From: a virus | Lineage: Duplodnaviria; Caudoviricetes | Direction: 5' to 3' (one strand) | DNA length: 64,000 bases | Virus record (IMG/VR): IMGVR_UViG_3300028833_000111 | Coordinates: 1-64,000 of that record | Part shown: one piece after another, positions 1 to 11,000 of the stretch | How positions within the stretch are numbered: the first letter of the stretch is position 1 | Layout: the number at the start of each line of letters is the position of its first letter | Made by a program: the position numbers and the translations under genes | The notes under the pieces: generated by a model | The model's database searches: none | Told to the model about the DNA's origin: nothing | What the model saw: the letters and a program-made list of their open reading frames with translations, nothing else

Positions 1-2
1 AA

Positions 3-545
3 GGTATCGCATCAAATGAAGATGCAGTTAAGGTATTGACATCAATTGATAATAAGATGTCTATTATAACTGGTAAAGACTTTGGAGTTAAGGCTAAGTC
101 ATTGTCAAGCCCTTCATTGCCAAAAGTTTCAGTTAAAACAATTGGAACTGTAGCAGGAACAGCAATTGGCTCTATACTTGGCCCACTTGGTATGGTTGCT
201 GGTGGGTTAGTTGGCTCTAAGATAAGTGATGGAGTTAAATCATTACCTATCAATGGTAATTTTATGAAGGTAAATCCTACTAAAGATTCTGACACAGGAG
301 TTGGTAGACCTTCAAGTGTTGGTAAGACTGATATTAATTTAAATGTTAGCGGAACTATTAAACTTGAAGGGGGTGGTAAGTCAGTTGACTTTGATTTGGC
401 CAAGCTTATTGATACTCCAGAGTTTAAGAGACAACTTGCTGACATTGTTACAAGAAGAATTAATGAAAGCAGTAACAGTGGTAAGAGAAATATGGAGTCA
501 GAGAGAAATAATATGGCAAGCCAATATAATAAGTCAGGTAAATAA
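3..545 (+). CDS. C-terminal end of probable tape measure protein (5' truncated)
   Basis: Frame is open from nt 3 (GIASNEDAVKVLTSID...). Gly/Ala-rich hydrophobic stretch GTVAGTAIGSILGPLGMVAGGLVG and a DINLNVSGTIKL-type tail. Lies directly upstream of tube-initiator/gp53/hub genes, the usual myovirus order. Confidence 0.55.
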   Translation, partial: GIASNEDAVKVLTSIDNKMSIITGKDFGVKAKSLSSPSLPKVSVKTIGTVAGTAIGSILGPLGMVAGGLVGSKISDGVKSLPINGNFMKVNPTKDSDTGVGRPSSVGKTDINLNVSGTIKLEGGGKSVDFDLAKLIDTPEFKRQLADIVTRRINESSNSGKRNMESERNNMASQYNKSGK

Positions 546-590
546 AATTTGTATTTAATTTTTTAATATAAAAAATATATTTTAAACACT

Positions 591-3500
591 ATGGGTTTTT
601 TAAACACAACAGCAAAAATTCTTGATACAACTGCTAGAGTATTAAACGAAGCCGCTTTTGGGGATATTAGAAATATCTTCAGAAATGGTGGTTTATACGA
701 TTTTAGAATGCGTCCTATTGGATTGTATCAGAAAAGTTATGGATATATGCTAGACCATATCTATAGAAATATAGGTAATGCAGAATATGTATATGATGGA
801 TATAGCACTCCTATTGGTGAGTTATGTAATCCATTCTATAATACTATTGTGCGTGTACCTTGGTTCTATCTAGATGACTATAAAAACAGTACTGCAAATT
901 ATTTGGAGTATATTAGAGCAACATATGGAGCAACTCTTAGTGTTGAAAATATTAACAACAGTGAAAATTTATTCCATTTAAGCGATGACGCTTCTGCTGT
1001 TGGATTTGTACCTGGTGAGTATGCTATTGATGCATTGGCAAATGATGCTGATTTAATGCCAAATGTTAATGAAACAGGTACTGACACATATATGGCTTTG
1101 TATAGTGGTTATTATAACAGAGAGACTCTTAGAAATGCACAAGTTGCTAACGACAATAGAATTAGATACCGTTTTGGAATTACATCTGAAATGGCCGGTA
1201 AATTAGGAATAAATACTGAAAACATAACAGTAAATAAAACATATAATGCTAAAGAGCAAGAAAAAGATACAGGTAGGTTTGTTGATGATGTTTTTAGCCC
1301 ATTAATTGATTATGTCAGTCCATTGGAAAAATCAAACTATGGTCATTTAGTTGATTTGGGGTATTATACTGATTTTTATGAGTCTCTTACAGAAAAGTCT
1401 AAATCGTACTACGATATGAATGTTTTCAGCGGAAGAACATATTATCCTTCCATACGAAATTCTAGTGGGGAAGTTATAAAAGGCGGTGCTGAAAGGAATG
1501 TTGTAAAAGATAAAAATGGAAAAGTAATAGGGGGTGATGGAAACTGGATAAAAGGAGGCACTTATTTGTCAAGTTTAGGGATAACTACTGGCCATGATAC
1601 ATTAAAGAGGAAAATATATAATAGTAAATTAGAAGATGGCGTTGTATCTACTGCCATAAATGAACAGCAAATAAGATATATATTTGGAACTTTAGAAGAG
1701 CATTCAAATATCAGTGATATTAAAAATGGCGGAGTCTATGTTTACACAGAAAATGAATATGGCTCATCTACAGATATTACTTATGCTAGTTTTAATGCAG
1801 GAACAAGATTCAGTAGATACACATCTTATGGTTCAGGCTTAACTGCTAAAGATTTGTTATACAAAACAAATGAGAGTTTTAAAAACGGTAGTTATAAAAC
1901 AATCATAGCAAGATTCCATACTAATTATGAAGAAACTGAAGTTACAGATACCACTCAGACAGCAGTTAGCCAAAAATATGGAATATCTCATGGTAGAAAT
2001 CTTTTATCCAAAACTGAAACTGATTCAGAAGGATATAATAACCCATACTGTAGAGTTTGGACTTATCATCATCAATATCATAGGCTTAATGATGCTATAA
2101 GGCCATTACCTTATACTGCTCAAGAATTGGTTAATAATTATGGATTTAATCTTTTTACAGCAGACCATTCTTCACAGGGTTTTGAAAATGGCAGGGTAAG
2201 ACTTGAAAAATACGGAACTATAAATAAAAACAATGGGCTTGTTAATATAACTCCTATTGATAATGGTGATGAAAGCAAAAAGGTTAGCATAAAAAACTGT
2301 ATGTTTTCAATAGAAAATCTTGCTTGGAAAGATGCTTTTGGCACTGATGCAAAATCAAAAGAAATGTTTCAATCAAGAGGATTATCTCCAGAACAAAAGG
2401 GACCATTTGGAGGAAGAATAATGTGGTTTCCTCCATATGATTTAAAATTTAATGAAGATATTAGTGTAAATTGGTCAGAAACAAATTTCATCGGACGTGG
2501 AGAAGGAATATACACATATGCAAATACATCAAGAAGCGGACAACTTAGTTTTAAAATTTTAGTTGACCACCCTTCAATAATAAACTATTGGGAAAATAGG
2601 GGAAAAAGTGTTAGCAATTCAGTAGATGATGTTGACGACCCTGAACAAGAGTTATTGAGGTTTTTTGCTGGGTGTGATATGCTTTCAGGAAAGCCATCTA
2701 CTATTCCTGAAACTGAAGCAGCAATACAAGATGAAGCTATACCTTCTCCTGATACAAATGAAATAAGATTTTTTACATTTTTTCCAACAAATTATAGCGG
2801 TAAAGACGATGGTGGTGACTTTGCAACAAAATACTTAACAAATGGTTTTGGGGCAGGTAAAGTAAAGAATTCAAGTGGCAGCATTGTTGATTATAAAGTA
2901 CCTTATTCAAGACCTGATGAATCAACGTACGGAGGCTATGAAATGCGTCCTGGAAAACCTATAAGTGGCCCAGTTGCTTCTGATAGACAAAAAAACGAAA
3001 ATGATGAAATATGGGATGTAGAATTTAATGGAGAAACTGTAAAATTATACGCTCAAGAAGGAGAATCAACTGATAAGTGGTGGAATAGAAAATGGTATTA
3101 TAGGATTGATAATGCTTATAAAAACCAAATTCTTAAAAAAGCAAATTATGTTGATAGAGCCAGCTATGGTTTAAATTCTAGTGCTGGATTAACAAAAGTT
3201 GCAGAGCAATTTAATGTGGAAGATAAAAATACATTATATAGTTTTGCTGATGTATATGTTGCTTTGGAAGGCGGAGATTCATCAAGCGTATTGGCAGGAA
3301 CATTTGACCAAGCAAAAGTAGATAGTTTGAAAAATAAGATAAGCCAATATGGAATAGATAATATTGAGTGCATTGGTAAAGCTTCTTCTCCAGGTCATAG
3401 TGAAGCAAATGAATCTCTACAAAAAGATAGGGCGGCTACAATAAAAAAATGGCTTTTATCTAAGACAGGAGTAGATACTAATAATATAAAAGTATCGACA

Positions 3501-4715
3501 GGAGGAACAGGTGGAGAAGGAACAGGAATTAATAGTGGTGATGAAAGTGCTATTAATAATAAATTGTGGCGTAGTGTGGAGGTTGTTATTCATCTTAAAG
3601 AAACTTCTTCAAAGACTATACAAGCCGCTGCAAATGAAAATAGTACTCCTTTAGAAGATGGCGAATTGCATCAAAATAATTATGTAAATACACCTCATCA
3701 CACATTAGTATCTAAATCTAATCTAGGCATAGAAAAAATAAATTATTTCAATGATTTAAGCGCTAATAAAATGATTGAAGAAAAGTTTCCAAGAGATAAG
3801 GAAACAAGTACAAGACTTCATAATATTGGCGAAAATATGAATGGGTTAGCAATTAATTTGAATGAGAGCGTTAGAAATGGAAATGCAAGGATAACTGAAA
3901 TTGCAAGAAGTGCAGGAGATTTCACGAAAAAATCTGAATATTTTAGTTATAATGATAAAGGATTTATAACTCTTAATTCAGGGGGAAAGAGCGATAAAAA
4001 TTATACGTTAAATGCAATGCATGATAATGCAGCTCAAGATGAAATAGCAGGCTTAAATAATACTCTTGAAGATAAGTCAGAAATTGCAACAATTGAAGGA
4101 AATGATGATAAGAATTCAGCAGTTGATGGTACTAATGATAATAACAACTACGTTAGATATGACAACGAAGCAAAATTTTTCTCAATGTTAGAGAAAGAAG
4201 AACCTTTTTTACATCATAAGATAAGCGACAAAATTAAATATTTTGACCCGGCATTCCATTCAATAAGTCCAGAAGGATTTAATGCTAGACTAACATTCTT
4301 ACAACAATGCACAAGACAAGGGCCAACAATTGGAAGCAGTGATAATGGCAATGAAACAACAGCAAATAACTTAGCATTTGGTAGACCGCCTGTTTGTATT
4401 TTAAGAATTGGAGATTTCTACTATACTAAAATATTAATAGAAAGTCTTTCTTTTTCATTTGACCCGTTGATGTGGGACTTAAATCAAGAGGGTATTGGAG
4501 CTATGCCAATGATTGCTGATATAAATATGAGGTTTAAATTTATCGGAGGAAGCAGCCTTGCCGGACATATTACAAGACTTCAAAATGCATTGTCATTTAA
4601 TTATTATGCTAATACTGAGGTTTACGATAATAGGTCTGAATTGGCTGAATATGATGAAAATGGTAATATTGTTAAATTTGCGCCATTTACACCTAACGTT
4701 ATTACAAATAGTTAA
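591..4715 (+). CDS. Baseplate/tail-tube initiator-like protein with inserted OmpA-like domain
   Basis: 1374 aa. Motifs FPPYDLKFNE..WSETNFIGRGEGIYTY..TSRS..LSFKILVDHP and PPVCILRIGD..ILIESLSF are typical of gp48/gp54-like tube initiators. Internal GKASS..NESLQKDRA...WRSVEV segment resembles OmpA-C. Confidence 0.6.
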   Translation: MGFLNTTAKILDTTARVLNEAAFGDIRNIFRNGGLYDFRMRPIGLYQKSYGYMLDHIYRNIGNAEYVYDGYSTPIGELCNPFYNTIVRVPWFYLDDYKNSTANYLEYIRATYGATLSVENINNSENLFHLSDDASAVGFVPGEYAIDALANDADLMPNVNETGTDTYMALYSGYYNRETLRNAQVANDNRIRYRFGITSEMAGKLGINTENITVNKTYNAKEQEKDTGRFVDDVFSPLIDYVSPLEKSNYGHLVDLGYYTDFYESLTEKSKSYYDMNVFSGRTYYPSIRNSSGEVIKGGAERNVVKDKNGKVIGGDGNWIKGGTYLSSLGITTGHDTLKRKIYNSKLEDGVVSTAINEQQIRYIFGTLEEHSNISDIKNGGVYVYTENEYGSSTDITYASFNAGTRFSRYTSYGSGLTAKDLLYKTNESFKNGSYKTIIARFHTNYEETEVTDTTQTAVSQKYGISHGRNLLSKTETDSEGYNNPYCRVWTYHHQYHRLNDAIRPLPYTAQELVNNYGFNLFTADHSSQGFENGRVRLEKYGTINKNNGLVNITPIDNGDESKKVSIKNCMFSIENLAWKDAFGTDAKSKEMFQSRGLSPEQKGPFGGRIMWFPPYDLKFNEDISVNWSETNFIGRGEGIYTYANTSRSGQLSFKILVDHPSIINYWENRGKSVSNSVDDVDDPEQELLRFFAGCDMLSGKPSTIPETEAAIQDEAIPSPDTNEIRFFTFFPTNYSGKDDGGDFATKYLTNGFGAGKVKNSSGSIVDYKVPYSRPDESTYGGYEMRPGKPISGPVASDRQKNENDEIWDVEFNGETVKLYAQEGESTDKWWNRKWYYRIDNAYKNQILKKANYVDRASYGLNSSAGLTKVAEQFNVEDKNTLYSFADVYVALEGGDSSSVLAGTFDQAKVDSLKNKISQYGIDNIECIGKASSPGHSEANESLQKDRAATIKKWLLSKTGVDTNNIKVSTGGTGGEGTGINSGDESAINNKLWRSVEVVIHLKETSSKTIQAAANENSTPLEDGELHQNNYVNTPHHTLVSKSNLGIEKINYFNDLSANKMIEEKFPRDKETSTRLHNIGENMNGLAINLNESVRNGNARITEIARSAGDFTKKSEYFSYNDKGFITLNSGGKSDKNYTLNAMHDNAAQDEIAGLNNTLEDKSEIATIEGNDDKNSAVDGTNDNNNYVRYDNEAKFFSMLEKEEPFLHHKISDKIKYFDPAFHSISPEGFNARLTFLQQCTRQGPTIGSSDNGNETTANNLAFGRPPVCILRIGDFYYTKILIESLSFSFDPLMWDLNQEGIGAMPMIADINMRFKFIGGSSLAGHITRLQNALSFNYYANTEVYDNRSELAEYDENGNIVKFAPFTPNVITNS

Positions 4716-4720
4716 AAGAT

Positions 4721-5041
4721 ATGGCAACATACGATAGATATTATAAATTTAGACGTGATGGAAAAATTCTTCATGTTCCATTTATAGAAATACCAAAAAG
4801 AAATACTGATTATTACACTTATTATATGGCAGGAAAAACTAGACTTGACCTGCTATCTTATCAGTATTATGGAGATGCAAATTATGATTGGCTCATAATG
4901 CAAGCAAATCCTGAATATGGGTCATTAGAATACAAAATACCCGATGGGTCAAAGATAAGAATACCTTATCCTCTTGATAGCGTTATATCTCAATACAATA
5001 ATGATATTGATGTTTATGAAGAATTATATGGTTTATTATAA
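4721..5041 (+). CDS. Baseplate wedge gp53-like / LysM-type protein
   Basis: RLDLLSYQYYGDANYDWLIMQANP...G.KIRIP motif; position between initiator and hub. Confidence 0.75.
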   Translation: MATYDRYYKFRRDGKILHVPFIEIPKRNTDYYTYYMAGKTRLDLLSYQYYGDANYDWLIMQANPEYGSLEYKIPDGSKIRIPYPLDSVISQYNNDIDVYEELYGLL

Positions 5042-5047
5042 AATAAA

Positions 5048-8000
5048 ATGAAAAGAACCAATTTAAAACAAGTTGTAAATAACTTAATATATGTCGAGCC
5101 TAATTATATCAATTCTGTTGATGAATTTGATGTAAATGGTACAAATACTCATGAATTTACACCTCCACTAGAAGATTATAGCCTTTATGTCAACTTGGAA
5201 GTTGACGTAAGGGGTAGAACTGTTCAAACCACTAAAACATCAAATAGCAAAAAACTTATCCTAAGTTTTGAAACAAAAACTGATGGAAAAAGTACTATAA
5301 ATTTCATGCAGGGTTCTAAAATTCCTATCGGAGAAAATGGTGTTTATCTTAACTCTTTAACTACTAATTATACAGATATATATTTAGGTGATTTAAAAAA
5401 AATAGGCCCTAGCACAGAAACTTTTGGAATACAGTCTATTGATATTGCATATAATAATTTTATGGTTCCAGAAGTAACTGTAGAATTTATAGATGTTCGT
5501 GGTGTTGCATTATTTGCCCAAAAAGAATACTATGAAACAAATAAGAAAATTGATGAGGCAATAAGCAGTGGCAACGATACAGACATAGCTAATACTTTTT
5601 TCCAATGTTTTTTCACCTTTCCATACCCTAAGTTTACTTTAATGGTAAAAGGGTTTTATGGAGAGCCAGTGTCTTATGAATTAACAGTAGCAGATTTTAG
5701 AGCAAGATTTGATTCAAATACAGGAAATTTTGCTTGTACTGCTAAATTTGTTGGTTATTATTTTTCATTTTTAAATGATGTAATGCTTAATGGAATAATA
5801 GCCGCTCCTTATTCTGACTATATTGGTGCAAAATATTGGGAAAGTCAAAATTTCCAAATGGAAGGAAAAGATGGTGGCTTAGTTCCTGTACCTAAAATTG
5901 GATGGCTTTTAAGGAATATTAAGAATATTGAGTCTACCGCTGAAAAAATGGCTCAATCTGACCCGGTTGCTCAAGAAAAAACACAATTAGACCAAAAAAA
6001 AGATTATTTTACAAAAATAGAAAATTCATATAATAATTTTGTTGAAGAAATTAATAAAAGTATAGGAAAAAAACTATCTGAATCTAAAAATGTATCTGGA
6101 GACCAATATAAAGGTGTAAATATTGTTGCTAGAGGATTAACAAATAATGGTTATTTAAGTGGCCTTGTTTTATTAAGTCCATCTGAAAACGATGAAGAAT
6201 TTTGTGATTATGTAGATAATGAAGACCAATTAAAGGGTAGATATGATGATTTTATAGAGGAATTAAAAAAATATAATTCTGAGCACCCTAATGAAACTTT
6301 ACCAACTCCAAATAAGTTTTATGATTCTGAACCAAGACAAAGAATTTCAAATCAGCCTAACAGTGAAACTAAAGCCCAAATGGGAGGAAGTTGGAACGAT
6401 GATATTAAAAAAACACATCCACAAGTTTATAATAAATTAAAAATATACGTTAATAACGGTAATAAAGAAAATAAAAACCCTCTTCTTGAATATAAAAAAG
6501 CATATTTTTATGATGACAATGGTTTTTCTTATGCTTTAGAAAAATATAAGGATAAAAATGCTAAAGAAACAGAAAGGGTTGAACAAGAAATAGAAGATTT
6601 AAAGGATAAAGTAATATCAGAAGCTTTAGGGTTCTCTCCTACTGTTGAAAATATGACTAAAATTGTTATGGCGCATTTTGAAACATTTATAAGAATGATT
6701 TTTGAAACGTCTAAAACAATTTGTAATCAAGAGCCTAAGAGAACTATTCAATCTCTCGGAATAAATGATGCTACTGGTGCTAGTGACGTTAAAAGCCCTA
6801 ATAACTTTGTGCCTCCTTTTCCAAAAGTAGTTAAAGAAGTAAGAAGAAAGGGTTCAGTTATAAAAGAAGAAGCATGGGTTGGAGATTATTCTGGTGATTT
6901 TAGGGAAAAAGATTTGGTGCATGGAATAATAAATGGCATCAAACAAATATCAAAAGATGTACAAAGTTACGAAAATAAAGAAGCAGGGTCAGCGGCAGGT
7001 TCAGAAAGTTCAATCTCTGCTATTTCTAAATATCCATTAACGCCGTTAGACATGATTGCAACCGAAAATACCTATGCATCAGGAGGTTTTGATGAAAATG
7101 AGCCTTCTTCTATTTTAGGATTGGTTGGTTTAAGAGGCGTTCAAATATTAGGAACTACTAATTTTGAAGACTGGGGAGAAAAGGCTGAAACATTAGGAGA
7201 AGCAGAGGCGTGCAATTTCCTTAAAAATAATAAACTTAATAAGGAAATGATTCAGAAGTTATCATTACTTGCAGATAACCTTGATAGCGTAATGTCTATG
7301 ATGTATGGTAATGAAACTAATGATATTAAAAAACCTGAAGGCGGCGTTTGGCCTTGGAGATTAAGGAATGATGGTGGAATAATTTCTACTAGTGGAGACC
7401 TTGATATATGCAGAGTTAAATACGATTCTTTTTCAGTTCCATATCAGAATCTTTCATGGTCAAAAATAATGAATGAAGTTGTTAATTGTGAAAATGGAAT
7501 TAAGGCAATGCGGTCAGAAGATTATTTAAACACTGTATATATTCCTAACGTTAAAAAGAAAAATATTTTTACATTTGACACAAATGTTAATAAATTTTAT
7601 AAAATAGCTGAATCACAATTAACAGGCATTGATGGTATAGATTATTATAGTAAAAAAATTATAGATGAAAGCAAATACGATTCAAATAAATATGAAAGTT
7701 ATTTAACTGATGAAGCAAACAGAGTAATAGCATATATAATTGAAAATGCATATGCCATAACACCGTCAGATGGGTCTTGTATGCTTCCAACATCTAAAAA
7801 AGCTTTTTCAGATAAATCTTTTGGTAGAGGATATAATATGGATTATTTCCATGATAAAGAGCCAGGAGGCGGAGGAAGTGGAACAATTTTCAGAGATGGG
7901 TGGTTAGATAAAGATAAAAAAGAAGTTGTAAGAAAAGGGTCTGATGGATATAAAAAATACTTAGAAGAATTCAATAACATTGATTACACATTTACTGAAT

Positions 8001-11000
8001 TTTGCGGAGTATTAACAAATCTTAAGCCATACACAGAAACTGTCGGTAGCGACCCTGAAACATCAATTTTCGGTCAACAATTATATTATAAACAAAGTGA
8101 TAATAGGTCAAGAGCATTATTGTTTTTGGCATCACTAGGATATGCTATTGATTATAAAGAAATTATAGATAATTTTTTTGCTAAAAAAGAAAAAACAATG
8201 GCAGTAATACCATTACCAGGTGTTATGTTTGCAGGAGCACTTCTTTGGTCTGAAACAACGGAAGGTAAACAATGCTTAAATGGTTACAACACAGGTTGGT
8301 ATGGCTTAGAAATAAAAAATTTAAATGCACTACATAGAAGTGTAAAATCAAGGTTAATAGAAATATTTTTAAATTGGGTGTCAACAGGAGTTGAAGGAAA
8401 TAGTTTATTATGTTCTTTCAATAGTATAAGAAGTGGAATGGAAATAAAATTAATAAAACGCCCTGACAAATATGATGAATTTTTCGAAAATATAGGAGAG
8501 GTTGAAGATGAAGGCGCATTAGGATTGTTTGGAGGAAATTCATGGATTAAAAAATTTGATAATTCATACAATAATATAATAGACTTCTTAAAAGGAGAAC
8601 TTAGTGATGACTTCTTTAAAAATTATATAACAATTGATGAAGATGTTTGCGGAAGCACAAAAAATTTCACAAGAGGTTTAAGATTGGGGGTTAGAGATGG
8701 AGGTGCTAGTTCAGTACATGCTTGTAATTTTGCTCTTGCAGGGTGTGTTTTTTCAAAAAATTCAAAATATTTTAATGACGAATCAAACGTAGGAGTAAAA
8801 GTAAATACTAGTGAATTAAAAAGATTTTTTAAAGGATTCTTAGATAAAGTAAAAGAAAATAAAGTTGAAGATGAGGATACAAATGTTCAAATATCTCAAG
8901 CAAAAGAGCCTGATGATTCAAATGTTGATATAAAAATAGGAATATATAGATATTGTAAACTTTTATATGATAAATGGATAGCAGGAATAACTGAGGAAGA
9001 GTTTAAAGAAAAGTATACTATGAAAGAATTTTTTGAAAGTGATACAAGATATTTCTATTTCATAGATGCTTTTTATAATGAATCTAACTTTATTTTAATT
9101 AATATTGGGAATTATTGTGATGAAATAGTTAATTCATATAGAAACTCGCAATATTCTTTATTATCATTTTTAAGTTCCATTTATGCAAAAAATAAATTTA
9201 GTATATATGCCATTAACAATTTTTTAGACTTATCAAAAAAGGAAAATATGGAAAACATGTTCGATATTATACCTTATACAGATAGATGGCACATTAAAAA
9301 ACACCCTAATTTTATTGTGGTTTATGCTTATGAGGCTTCAAGCCATTTAGCTGATTTAGATAATAGTGAGTATGAAAATGATGGCTTTATGATTAATCAA
9401 GAGCAAAGTACCACTAATATATGGCCAGAACCTTTAAAAGCGCACTCTGAAGATTTTTCAAGTAAATATATAATACCTTGTTTTGGAGTTTCTTATGGAA
9501 AAATGTATCAAAGCTATTTCAAAGATATTAATATTTCTATGGATTCTCCTACAGTAACCGAACAATCAATTAAAGCACAATTCGCTATTGCTTGTCAGAA
9601 TAATGAAGGAGACCAAACAGGGGATAGGTCTAAACTTTTTACATATGGACAAGATTTGTATTCAATTTATTCTAACAACTCTTATTCTTGTGAAGTTACA
9701 ATGATGGGTTGTGCTTGGGTTCAACCAATGATGTATTTTGTACTAAATAATGTTCCAATGTTTAGGGGAACTTATTACATAATAAGAGTTTCTCATAACA
9801 TAACTCCTGGTAATATGGTTACTAAATTTACAGGAGTTAGAATGTCTAATGTTTGTACAAGGATTGCACGTGACGGAGGATTAAGAGCAAAAAATAATCA
9901 ATCAGGTAAGGGAGAAACAAATAGTGAAAATTCTGAAGCGCTTAAAAATAACGCAAATATTGATAATGATTGCGAATACAAAGAATTCCCGTTAACCAAT
10001 GAAGAATCAAATAATGGCGCATCTGAAGATTTAGCAAAAAAAATTAAAAAAGCAGAAGGTGGTTACTCTGATGACAAAGATGATAAAGGCGGTTGCACCA
10101 TGAAAGGCATCACAATTAAAACATACAGAAGTTATTATGGAAATGATAAAACTTGTAATGATTTAAAAAACATAACTGATGAAGAATGGAATCATATATT
10201 TAAAAAAGGTTTCTGGGATAAATGGAGAGCTGATGAAATAAAAAATAAATCTATTGCAAACCTTCTTGTCGACTGGTTGTATAATAGCGGTCCTAAACAT
10301 GGAATAGGAAAGCCTCAGCAAATATTAGGCTTACATCAAACATATAAAGTTACTGATAAGGAAATAAATGCTATCAATAGTTATTCTAATCAAAGAGAAT
10401 TATTTAATAAAATATGGAATAGAAGAAAAGAATTTTTCATATCAATAGCAAAAGGAAGTCAGAAAAAATTTCTAAAAGGGTGGCTAAATAGGCTTAATGA
10501 ATTTACATTTTCAGAAACCTATGAAAATGTTCAAGTAGCAAGAAATGGAGATAAGCACGTTTCAGATTTATCTACGGGATTTGTTAACGCTTTAAATAGA
10601 ACTGCCGCATCTTCTACTAACAATGTAAAAATTGGTATAGACCCAGAAAGGTCTAAAGGAGATACTGTTTATATAACAGGTGGAGGAAGTGGTTTTGACA
10701 CAGTATTCGATATGATGCTTAACACTTATTCAAGTAAAATAAGTGAAATAACTTGGGTAATACCTAATGGCGGAGACCAAAGTTCAACTCCAAAAGAATA
10801 CATTGTTAAACTTAAAGAAGGAAGTAGTGTTACTAACATTAAAGTAGCTAATGAATCAAGTCCAAATACTCCTATAAATTCTATACATGTTTCAAAAGGT
10901 GATGACAATAGTGGAATACATACTAGTTTCTGTAAAGCACTTGTAAAAAAATACAAGTCTAATACTAATGAATTGAGAAGCGATACAAATAACGTTCTTG

